DNA of 18,638 nt from an uncultured archaeon (GTDB lineage Archaea; Asgardarchaeota; Jordiarchaeia; Jordiarchaeales; Jordiarchaeaceae): NCBI GenBank assembly GCA_964510585.1, contig CAZECW010000097.1, positions 1 to 18,638 on the forward strand, read 5' to 3'. This document shows, piece by piece, positions 1-7,879 of this stretch; positions within the stretch are counted from its first letter, which is position 1; every line of letters begins with the position of its first letter. Position numbers and translations under genes: made by a program. The notes under the pieces are model-generated. The model was not told where the DNA came from and ran no database searches. It worked only from the letters and a program-made list of their open reading frames with translations.

Positions 1-85
1 GCGTCTTGTTTAGCCCCTTAAGCCCAAGCCAAACCCTTCAGCTACCAACAATCATCATCCTTTCCTACTTTCTTATAAGCTTTTT

Positions 86-126
86 GGCGATTCATCCCCG
101 CGACTAAAGTCGGGGGCTTTCTCGCC
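86..126 (-). mobile_element. IS200/IS605-type subterminal hairpin (element end or solo remnant)
   Basis: GGCGA-TTCAT-CCCC-G-CGACT-AA-AGTCG-GGGG-CTTTC-TCGCC: nested inverted repeats. The minus strand reads GGCGAGAAAGCCCCCGACTTTAGTCGCGGGGATGAATC, resembling IS200/IS605 end hairpins as I recall them. No transposase lies in the window. Confidence 0.55.
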
Positions 127-436
127 AAGGTTCTGTAAAAAGAAATTGATAGAGCTCCAAAGTGAAACTTTACAAGTCATTGGATTCTTCTTGGGCATCG
201 CAGACTATTTTTAGCGCAAACAAAGGAGTAAAGCGGAGGAGCAGCTTAATCTCGAACACATAAATAAACAGTTCTCCATCATCGCCAAAACTGGGGATGG
301 GCTTAAAGATTTGGCGGAACATCAAAGAAATTTTGAACAAGTTCCTCCGTTGCGCGAGAGCTCCAGTTCAACATTATGTTAGCAGGTCTCCTATTCGAAA
401 ATGTCAGAAATATATATTTGGTCTGCTTATTAGTGG

Positions 437-1252
437 GTGTTAATTTGTGGGTGTTTAAAATTGGAGAAAATAGAGTCAATAAAAATTACACGCTTGGAGG
501 ATGGGCAAGCCTCAGAAATCGTGGATAAAGTGGTAAAAGAAAACATTCTGGTAATCAGGGTAAACGGCAGACAGGTTGTAGGTTTGGTCTATCTTCCCGG
601 CGAAGAGAAGGAACTCGTCTTCGGACATCTATTCACATCTGGTGTAATGCAAAACGTGTATGAGGTTCAGGATTACTCCTATTCTAATTATACTGCAAAT
701 CTCAAATTCAAAGAAGGAATAGACGTCGATGACAGAATCTCAACATGTGTTACTGGTGGTAGACTTGTGACCACATCTTGTGGGCCTCCCGAGTACTTTG
801 TTCAGTTAAAGCAAGGTGTAGGAATACCGAGAGTTTCTTCGGAGCTCAGAGTGAAGAGTGAGAAAATATTCTCTGCTGTAAGAACTTTGAGTAATGAGGC
901 GATGATTTTCCGCGAAACCGGAGGAACACACGCCGCGGCTCTTTTCACCGGGGAAGGAGAGTTGATACATTTGTCAGAGGATGTGGGAAGGCACAATGCA
1001 GTGGATAAAGTAATAGGGGCATCCCTCCTCTCCAGTGTTCAACTTGAGAAATCCTTTCTGGTAAGCACTGGTAGGCAAACCGTGGACATGGTGATAAAGG
1101 CGGCTAGAGCCGGCATACCCGTAGTCGCATCTATTTCCGCGGCCACAGGTTCAGGGGTTTCTGCAGCAGAATCGACCAACATTACTCTCATCGGCTTCAC
1201 ACGAGGAAGACGGATGAACATATATACCCACCCCCAACGTATATTACCCTAA
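437..1252 (+). CDS. fdhD: Formate dehydrogenase accessory sulfurtransferase FdhD (true start may be TTG 461)
   Basis: Motifs TSCG, ETGGTHAAAL, EDVGRHNAVDKVIG, STGR..DMVIKAARAGIPVVAS.SAAT; AT-rich TATA-like palindrome AAATATATATTT at 408-419. Confidence 0.95.
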   Translation: MLICGCLKLEKIESIKITRLEDGQASEIVDKVVKENILVIRVNGRQVVGLVYLPGEEKELVFGHLFTSGVMQNVYEVQDYSYSNYTANLKFKEGIDVDDRISTCVTGGRLVTTSCGPPEYFVQLKQGVGIPRVSSELRVKSEKIFSAVRTLSNEAMIFRETGGTHAAALFTGEGELIHLSEDVGRHNAVDKVIGASLLSSVQLEKSFLVSTGRQTVDMVIKAARAGIPVVASISAATGSGVSAAESTNITLIGFTRGRRMNIYTHPQRILP

Positions 1253-1304
1253 AGTATTAAAAATGATGTTTCTGCTACCATAACCTCGTGAGGAGAACAC
1301 TGTC

Positions 1305-1934
1305 ATGATACGCGATTCTTCCGTGGCGATTCTTTGTGGAGGAAAATCTTTGAGAATGGGTGCTGATAAGGGGCTAGTTCAACTATGCGGTAAGCCCATG
1401 CTCCTTTATGTTCTTGAAACCTGCGAAGAGCTTTTCTCCGAAATATTCGTAGTACTGGGCTCCAACTTTAACAAATCCTACGAGGAACTAATAGGGGAAA
1501 GGGCGCACATTCTAATTGATAGACTTCTTGAAATCACCAGCCCCCTTAATGGAGCCTACACCGCCTTTAACGACTGCAACAATAAATACCTCTATCTACT
1601 CTCCTGCGATATGCCCCTGGTAAATTCTGAGGTGCTCAAGCTAATGAGGGAGGTAATCACCACAGAAAATGCGGTAATACCAAGATGGCCCAACGGCTAC
1701 ATTGAACCACTACACGCCGTTTACAGAACCAAGCCCTCACTGGAAGCAGCAGAAAAAGCCCTATCAGAAAACCGAATGGACATGCTCTCCATGATAAAAA
1801 ATCTCCGAAGCGTACTTTACCTCTCCACCCTAGTAATTGAACAACTGGATCCCAAGCTGGAAACATTTTTCAACGTCAACACAATCAACGACCTAAAGAA
1901 AGCCGAACAAAAAATCAAAAAACGCACCAAATAA
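1305..1934 (+). CDS. mobA: Molybdenum cofactor guanylyltransferase MobA
   Basis: ILCGGKSLRMGADKG, LSCDMP, IEPLHAVY, FFNVNT..DL; GAGGAG SD upstream; follows fdhD on the same strand. Confidence 0.93.
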   Translation: MIRDSSVAILCGGKSLRMGADKGLVQLCGKPMLLYVLETCEELFSEIFVVLGSNFNKSYEELIGERAHILIDRLLEITSPLNGAYTAFNDCNNKYLYLLSCDMPLVNSEVLKLMREVITTENAVIPRWPNGYIEPLHAVYRTKPSLEAAEKALSENRMDMLSMIKNLRSVLYLSTLVIEQLDPKLETFFNVNTINDLKKAEQKIKKRTK

Positions 1935-2127
1935 AAACCAAAGACGCACCACCCAAAAAACAACTCGAATTTTACTAATCCAAACTAAACACATGTTCTG
2001 GTTCCCAATTTCCATCCTCCTATTACTCAACATAAAATGCTCCGACAAATTAGTAACATTAAAACTAAAAAGTGTTCAACTAAGCCCATTCTCCCAACGA
2101 GAAGAAAACCGCTAAGCTAACTAGATG

Positions 2128-2405
2128 GGCAAGAAAGCCCACCCTTATTTGGAAGCTGGGATAAGTCAAGAATTTGACAAGAAAAAAAATGGAAGCCGTA
2201 AATTAGAAGGTGCGAAAAGGAGTAATAAGAGGAGTGGCAAGCCAAAATTTCCTGACAGATAGCGATATGTGAGCAGGACATATTATTTTCGCTTGTGCAA
2301 AATTACTCCCGAATCTATGACATGGTAAACCAAGAGCGGAGGAAAACCTTCTTCTCAGGCTACTTGGAAAAACAATATATACTCCGCATAACTTGTCGCA
2401 TATGA
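2128..2405 (+). pseudogene. Probable IS605-family remnant: end motif (2128-2167) plus degraded tnpB N-terminus
   Basis: GGCAAGAAAGCCC...GGGATAAGTC resembles the 86-126 end (GGCGAGAAAGCCC...GGGATGAATC). Frame 2256-2405 reads EQDILFSLVQNYSRIYDMVNQERRKTFF, like archaeal TnpB N-termini as I recall them. Stops flank it and there is no RuvC part. Confidence 0.4.
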
Positions 2406-2481
2406 TATTAAAGACTATTTTAAGGAGCACTTTTCAAAAAGGTTGGTGCAATTTCATTTTCAGGTATGGGTAGTGTGTGCA

Positions 2482-3598
2482 ATGGAAGATTTTCTTAAAA
2501 CCATTAAGGATCCGAAATTTGCCAGTAAGATATCTGAAACCATAAAAGGTTTGGCTCCAGAGAGAAGGGTGAAGTTTGTTCACATATGCGGGACAGCCTA
2601 GAACCCTTTTCTGGACCCCGAAACATGAACAAACTATAAGTAAACACGGTTTGAGAACCCTTCTTCCAAACAATGTAGAAGTGATAGCTGGGCCAGGGTG
2701 TCCGGTCTGCGTTACACCCTCTCTAGTTCTTGATGAAGCAATTGAACTTGCACGAAGAGGGGTGATTATTACCGCTTTTGGCGACCTTATGATGGTTCCT
2801 GCAACTGAGACTTCTCTCTATGGTTTAAAGGCGGAGGGAGCTGACGTTAGGATCGTGTATGGACCGCACGATGCTGTGGAAATCGCTGAGAGGAACCCCC
2901 ACAGGGATGTGGTCTTCTGTGCGGTGGGATTTGAAACTACTGCTCCTGGGGTAGCGTCTGAAATACTAAGAGGTGTTCCCAAAAATTTCAGCATCATAAG
3001 TGCACATAGACTCATTCCACCAGCAATGGAGCTCCTTATGGGGGTAGGCGACCTCCAAATAGATGGATTCATCTGTCCAGGGCACGTGGCAACCATAATT
3101 GGAATGAAACCCTTCAGGCGGTTCTCGGAAGCCTACCGTATGCCGACCATCGTATCTGGCTTCGAGCCAAACGACGTTCTCCTCTCCCTAGCAATGCTCC
3201 TCAAACAGTTAAGGGATGGGGAGCCCAAGTGTGAAAACGAGTACATCCGAACAGTGAAGGAGGAGGGTAACATCAGAGCTCAAAAGATAATCGAAGAAGT
3301 TTTTGATGTCACTACTGCCCACTGGCGTGGAATAGGGAGGGTACCCGAATCGGGCTACGTGCTTAAAGAAGAATTCGAAGAATATGACGCAGAAAAAAGG
3401 TATGGACTCCAGATAAAAAAATCTGTGGACATTCACCCCGGTTGCAACTGCCACCTAGTTATGATTGGAAAAATATACCCCCCAGAATGTAAACTATTCG
3501 GAACTGTGTGCAGACCAGAAAAACCGTACGGACCATGTATGGTTTCAAGCGAGGGAACATGCAGAATATATTACAAGTATGGGTCTCACCTCAAATAA
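2482..3598 (+). CDS. hypD: [NiFe]-hydrogenase maturation protein HypD, join(2482..2594,2623..3598), 362 aa after removal of a 28-nt intron
   Basis: ATG 2482 frame gives MEDFLK...KFVHICGT, then TAG at 2599. The downstream frame gives HEQTISKHGLRTLLP, GPGCPVC, GFETT, PGHVA and the C-terminal Cys cluster (CNC...C...C...GPCMVSSEGTC). 113+976=1089 nt = 363 codons. The ORF-track start at 2576 is an artefact lacking the CG of the motif. Confidence 0.93.
2595..2622 (+). other. 28-nt bulge-helix-bulge intron in hypD pre-mRNA
   Basis: Central 4-bp helix CGGG(2589-92):CCCG(2617-20); 3-nt bulges AC^A (2593-95) and AA^A (2621-23); outer helix UAUG(2585-88):CAUG(2624-27); inner stem GCCUAGAA(2596-2603):UUCUGGAC(2609-16) with one mismatch and one GU pair. 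Cuts after the 2nd bulge nt give GGG AC|A CAT GAA. Confidence 0.88.
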
Positions 3599-3789
3599 TA
3601 ATCTCTATACCTAAATTTCTGCATTAAACTTGTGAAAAATGCATTCTGGATCTATCATGTTTGGCAAGGAATTCTACCAAATTTTGGATGTTTTTTTGTC
3701 AGGAATTTCCGTAAATTTCTATCTCCAATATTTGTTTTTCCAGAGTGGTTAATGGTAGGAGTTTTTTAGAATAATATGACATTATTATT

Positions 3790-3829
3790 TTTTCCTATTT
3801 TTTATCTTTAATAGGAAAATGTTTATAAG
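3790..3829 (+). promoter_or_regulatory. 10-bp inverted repeat abutting the BRE/TATA of the TA operon
   Basis: TTTTCCTATT(3790-99)-N10-AATAGGAAAA(3810-19) followed by TTTATAAG (3822-29), about 35 nt before ATG 3864. Confidence 0.55.
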
Positions 3830-3863
3830 TAGTACTCGTACCCTTTTATGTTGGGTGCTTTTT

Positions 3864-4091
3864 ATGCGAAGTACTGTGAAGGTTACAAGAAGGGGTCAAA
3901 CCACAATTCCCAAAGAGTTTAGGGAAAAATTCGGAATTAAAGAAGGGGACGAGTTAGTGGTTGAGTGTACCAAAGAGGGTTTACTGTTTAGAGTTGTTCC
4001 TAGGCTCGAAGAAATGGCCGGCAAATACTCGAAGTTTGGCAATGTGGAGGAGATAAAAAAAGAAATAGAAAAACAGAGAGAGGAATATTAG
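3864..4091 (+). CDS. AbrB/MazE/SpoVT-family antitoxin (start ATG 3864 preferred over 3819)
   Basis: MRSTVKVTRRGQTTIPKEFREKFGIKEGDEL is the AbrB-fold signature; ends 1 nt before the PIN gene. Confidence 0.9.
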   Translation: MRSTVKVTRRGQTTIPKEFREKFGIKEGDELVVECTKEGLLFRVVPRLEEMAGKYSKFGNVEEIKKEIEKQREEY

Positions 4092-4092
4092 C

Positions 4093-4491
4093 TTGAATGA
4101 AGTATTAGACAGCCGGTTTTTTGTTGAACATTTTTACTCCTCCGAAGAAGAAATAAAACACAAAACAACGAAGAAACTGAAGGAACTCATCAGGCGTAAT
4201 GAAGGTCTACTTCCCACCGTGGTCATTGTTGAGGTCTTCCAGATAGTATGCGAAAAAGTGGGAAGGGACGAGGCAGAAGCCTGTTACCTTTCCCTCATTA
4301 GGAGTGGGCTGAGAATTCAGGGTCTTGATCAAAATATTTCCAGACAAGCAGGTTTACTTAAATGCCGATACAGAAACATACCAATTGGAGACTGCATAAT
4401 TGCCGCCACAGCGATAATTAATCAAGCAAAGGTACTTTCCGATGATACCCACTTTGACGAGATAAAAGAAGTAAAACGCACATGGATTTGA
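4093..4491 (+). CDS. vapC: PIN-domain VapC toxin
   Basis: VLDS, VIVEV, IGDCIIAATA, VLSDDTHFD acidic PIN motifs; TTG start coupled to the antitoxin. Confidence 0.9.
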   Translation: MNEVLDSRFFVEHFYSSEEEIKHKTTKKLKELIRRNEGLLPTVVIVEVFQIVCEKVGRDEAEACYLSLIRSGLRIQGLDQNISRQAGLLKCRYRNIPIGDCIIAATAIINQAKVLSDDTHFDEIKEVKRTWI

Positions 4492-4566
4492 AAACCTTAA
4501 GAGACGATGAATACTCTAAAAAAAGGAAAATTGTTACGGTGTGCGAATTCGGGGTTTCCCAGTTTT

Positions 4567-5457
4567 TTATTTTATCATTATGGCTGATAGGTATCCTACT
4601 ATGGCATCTGAGCTTCCTCTAATATCGTAGCTGGTCGCGTATTGGAGTTTTATTCCCTTTGTGGCACCCAATTCCTTCGCGGCTACTATGGCACTAGTTA
4701 CGGGTGCTGCGCCGCACATGGTGAGATCCTTTGTTCGGACTAGGGTGAGTAGACCTTTGGCGTCTAGGGCTTCAATTTTGCTGATTATTTCTCCATCAGT
4801 ATCATGAACCCACTTTATAATTTTCTCGATTGGTTTTGTTCCCGCGGGAGCGTAGCCGTACATTGCTCCATAGTGAGTTAAATCTGTACTGGCGATTATT
4901 ATTGCGTTTGCTTTTTCTTCTTTGATTGCTGCAGCAACTCCTCTTCCGACTTCTTCGCAGGTTTCCCAATCAGACATTCCCAGGGCTATTGGAACTATTT
5001 TCAAATCCTTGTACAGTTCTTGTAGGAATGGAAGTTGCACCTCGAGAGAATGCTCATCCCTGTGGGCGTTGGCATCGTCCAGAATTATCGGGGCATTGCT
5101 TATTATTGCTTTGGCTAGTTTGGTGTCCACGGGGACTCTTCCTCCAGGCATTATCCAGTCACCCTCAACCATGATTGAAGCGCCAGGATAACCCATGTGG
5201 CTGGGGCCTATCAAAACAAATGATTCTGGTTTTCCATCATCAGCAATGGCTTTGTAAAGGTGCGCCGCAACTGGTCCTGAATAATAATAACCTGCATGAG
5301 GAGAAACACACGCAATAATCCTCCTAGGACCACCAAGATTGACCCTGGGAAGACTCCTTGGCCCAAACTCGCTAAGATAACACTCCCTAATCATTTCACT
5401 CAGGGCTTGTTTATTTCCCGGATAAAATCCAATTGCAGCAGGACTTCTATCCCTCAA
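4567..5457 (-). CDS. amrB: MEMO1-family protein (AmmeMemoRadiSam system protein B)
   Basis: GFYP, SPHAGYYYSG, IGPSH, EHSLEVQLPFLQ, IASTDLTHYG, TMCG, VGYLS. Confidence 0.92.
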   Translation of the reverse strand: MRDRSPAAIGFYPGNKQALSEMIRECYLSEFGPRSLPRVNLGGPRRIIACVSPHAGYYYSGPVAAHLYKAIADDGKPESFVLIGPSHMGYPGASIMVEGDWIMPGGRVPVDTKLAKAIISNAPIILDDANAHRDEHSLEVQLPFLQELYKDLKIVPIALGMSDWETCEEVGRGVAAAIKEEKANAIIIASTDLTHYGAMYGYAPAGTKPIEKIIKWVHDTDGEIISKIEALDAKGLLTLVRTKDLTMCGAAPVTSAIVAAKELGATKGIKLQYATSYDIRGSSDAIVGYLSAIMIK

Positions 5458-5966
5458 ATCTTCAAACTCTCCTTCTACTATTCTATGGAATATTTCAGAT
5501 AAATTAACATTTTCTTCTAGGATGTCCCCTCTGATATTTCTTCCTACTAATCATTAATAATATCCTTAATTTTCATGAAACCCAAGAAAAGAGTGGGCTA
5601 TACATATGTATCAGATTACACTTTACAGGTATTTTAAATTTGGAACCTTGAAATAAACCAGATCATCACCAATCTAATCTTCAAATATACTGGATTTTCT
5701 GGTTAAACAAAGTTATTTTTTCTCTGATGCTAATTGCTTCCCGCTTTGATAACTTTTAAGTGTTGTTTTAGTATTTCTAATAATTTTTGTCGGAAAAACA
5801 AGTATACAATCCACCCTTTTGGTCTTATTTTGCGAAAAAGAGCAAAAACACTTCTTTTTTTCACAGCTTCAAAAAGACAAAAATTTCTCAAAATACTATT
5901 TTTGCTAGGAAAACTCTTTTTGTTCTTGTATTAAAAGGGCAAACGTATAAGGGTTTATCATAATTA

Positions 5967-5974
5967 TTTATAAG
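5967..5974 (+). promoter_or_regulatory. TATA box of the transporter operon
   Basis: TTTATAAG about 28 nt upstream of TTG 6002, with GAGGAG at 5991-96. Confidence 0.5.
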
Positions 5975-6001
5975 TGTTGATACGAATATTGAGGAGTAAT
6001 T

Positions 6002-7609
6002 TTGATTCAACTTTTTGGGACGTGTATTAGGATGCAGGATAGAAGTTACGGTTTGGCGCTTTTAGTCTTTGGAATAATGGCTGCCTTCGCGATTTTCTGG
6101 AGTTGGCCCTTTGAAGTTGCTGAAATAGGTGGGGGACCTTCTATCCTCATTTACCTCATATTACTCCTTGGAGTTGGCATTCCCATAATTCTGATTGAAT
6201 TAGTTCTTGGCTCTTGGTCTAAATCGATTTTTCCCATGTCACTAAAGATGATAAATTCTAAGCTTGAATTCTTCGGATGGTTCGCTGTAGTAAACGCCAT
6301 CTGGCTATTCGTGGGGCTGAGTGCTATTCTCAGCTGGTGCGCAGGTTTTGCGTATTACTCATTGACCAGTTTTTATCCCCTCACCAATTGGCTTAATCCT
6401 TTGGGGGGCAGCCTTGACTTTGTAAACTTTTTCTTTCTCTTTTCCTCCCCCCTCATACCTGTGGTAGGTTTAGCAATAATATGGGTTTCGATTTTTCTAA
6501 TTCTTTTGAAAACTTCTTGGGCTTCAAGAGTGAGGAGAATATCCTTTAAAATCCTTTTATCCGCACTAGCCATCGTCTTGTTTATTATTTTTGTACTAAC
6601 TGTATCCCTTTCTGGTGGAATAAATCCGGGCTTGAACTTTTATCTGGGTTTTAGTCCCGCAGTTTTTCTTGGCGGCTCGTCTTGGCGTACCCTGTTTACT
6701 GTCATGTTCTTTAATCTGGGAGCGGGGCTTGGCATTATCAGCTTTTATTCTGGTAAAATTCCTGAGGGTGGTAAATACCTGACTTCCTACTCAATTATTA
6801 TACCCCTTTTGGGCACTGGATTGATTTTTCTTGGAGGTATGGCATTCTTTACTATGAGTGGGGAAAGTGGACTGATTAATTTGTTAAGTTCAAGTTTGCC
6901 TATGGGACTTCTCGGTTTTCCCGCTGTTCCCTTTTTAGGTTGGTCGGCGGGCTTCGCGGCTATGGAACGTGTGATGGGGCCTATAATTAGCAAAGGTTTG
7001 GCTTTCCTCTTCTACACCCTCATTTTCATCGTTGGTATTTTGGGGCTATCCTTAATCATAGAACCCATAAAGGGAACCTTGGAAACCAAGTTTAGCTTCA
7101 GTAAAAGAAAATTTTTAGCAACCTTTGCGGCTGCAGGTTTTCTGGCCAGTACTCCGTTCAGTTTGACCTCTATGTTTCCTTGGGGTTATTCTCTGACTTC
7201 GCTTTCCTACTGGTGGGTGGTGGGATTCGGCCTAACCTCCATTATTCTTGTAGAGTTGATGGCTGTGGGATGGATTTGGGGAGCAGACAATGCCATAGGC
7301 TACATAAATAGCTGCTCTCAGCTAAAAGTTCCAAAATGGTTTAAATGGATTATTAAACTGGTGGCACCCAGCATATGTATAGTTGCTTTAATCCTCGGAA
7401 TATACGATACTTTTAATGGTTACGTCTCTTATTCTTGGGGCTTACTAAATCCCCTCCTCTTATTTTGGCAAATGTTTTCACCTTGGTATGGTAGTCTCAA
7501 CTTTGTGTTTCTTTTCCTAGCTCTCGTGTGGCTGGCCACTAGTTCGGTCATAGCTTTCATTTTAACTAGAATAAGAGTCGAGGAGAAAAGTGGTGGAGAG
7601 AATGCTTGA
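6002..7609 (+). CDS. Divergent neurotransmitter:sodium symporter (NSS/SNF, LeuT-fold) family membrane protein
   Basis: About 12 hydrophobic segments; W..P...AE.GGG, GIPIILIELVLG, FFNLGAGLG, IIEP, ELMAVGWIWG and WIIKLVAP follow NSS order, but the TM1 GLGNxWRFP motif is degenerate. Confidence 0.8.
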   Translation: MIQLFGTCIRMQDRSYGLALLVFGIMAAFAIFWSWPFEVAEIGGGPSILIYLILLLGVGIPIILIELVLGSWSKSIFPMSLKMINSKLEFFGWFAVVNAIWLFVGLSAILSWCAGFAYYSLTSFYPLTNWLNPLGGSLDFVNFFFLFSSPLIPVVGLAIIWVSIFLILLKTSWASRVRRISFKILLSALAIVLFIIFVLTVSLSGGINPGLNFYLGFSPAVFLGGSSWRTLFTVMFFNLGAGLGIISFYSGKIPEGGKYLTSYSIIIPLLGTGLIFLGGMAFFTMSGESGLINLLSSSLPMGLLGFPAVPFLGWSAGFAAMERVMGPIISKGLAFLFYTLIFIVGILGLSLIIEPIKGTLETKFSFSKRKFLATFAAAGFLASTPFSLTSMFPWGYSLTSLSYWWVVGFGLTSIILVELMAVGWIWGADNAIGYINSCSQLKVPKWFKWIIKLVAPSICIVALILGIYDTFNGYVSYSWGLLNPLLLFWQMFSPWYGSLNFVFLFLALVWLATSSVIAFILTRIRVEEKSGGENA

Positions 7610-7829
7610 AAACATTTTTTGGAGATTGGAAAAATACGGTTCTCTAAGTGCCTGGATATTAATACTGTCTTTTGCCTTAGTGGGTTCTCTTTTAGCCGCC
7701 GCATTAAAAATACTTGGTTACCTTCACCCCTTCACCATAATATCCATAGTGGTTATCATGGCAGCTATTCCCGGAGTTATCCTGGCTGTTTTATATTTAG
7801 ATTATCTCAAAGAAACAGGACACAAATAG
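7602..7829 (+). CDS. Small two-TM membrane protein overlapping the transporter stop codon
   Basis: ATG 7602 overlaps TGA 7607-09; two hydrophobic helices; charged C-terminus YLDYLKETGHK. Confidence 0.7.
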   Translation: MLENIFWRLEKYGSLSAWILILSFALVGSLLAAALKILGYLHPFTIISIVVIMAAIPGVILAVLYLDYLKETGHK

Positions 7830-7879
7830 AGTAAACGGGTTTCCCGTCCTTTCCTTCGTTTGCCAAAAGAGTCTTCTAA

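Noticed and set aside
146-382. Protein-like + strand frame with one internal TAG (212-214)
   Set aside because: No recognisable family, no BHB around the stop and no support for recoding; at most a decayed ORF.
2576-2623. ORF-track start MFTYAGQPRTLFWTPK for HypD
   Set aside because: It reads the exon 1 end and the intron in the wrong frame and lacks the conserved N-terminus and CG of CGTH.
2590-2625. Programmed frameshift or TAG readthrough as an explanation for split hypD
   Set aside because: A frameshift would leave about nine extra residues inside CGTH, and readthrough of TAG 2599 meets TGA a few codons later; neither restores the motif.
5500-5960. Long AT-rich intergenic region with A/T tracts and ORF 5734-5934
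   Set aside because: Low complexity between divergent promoters; no repeat unit, spacer periodicity or RNA fold I could support.
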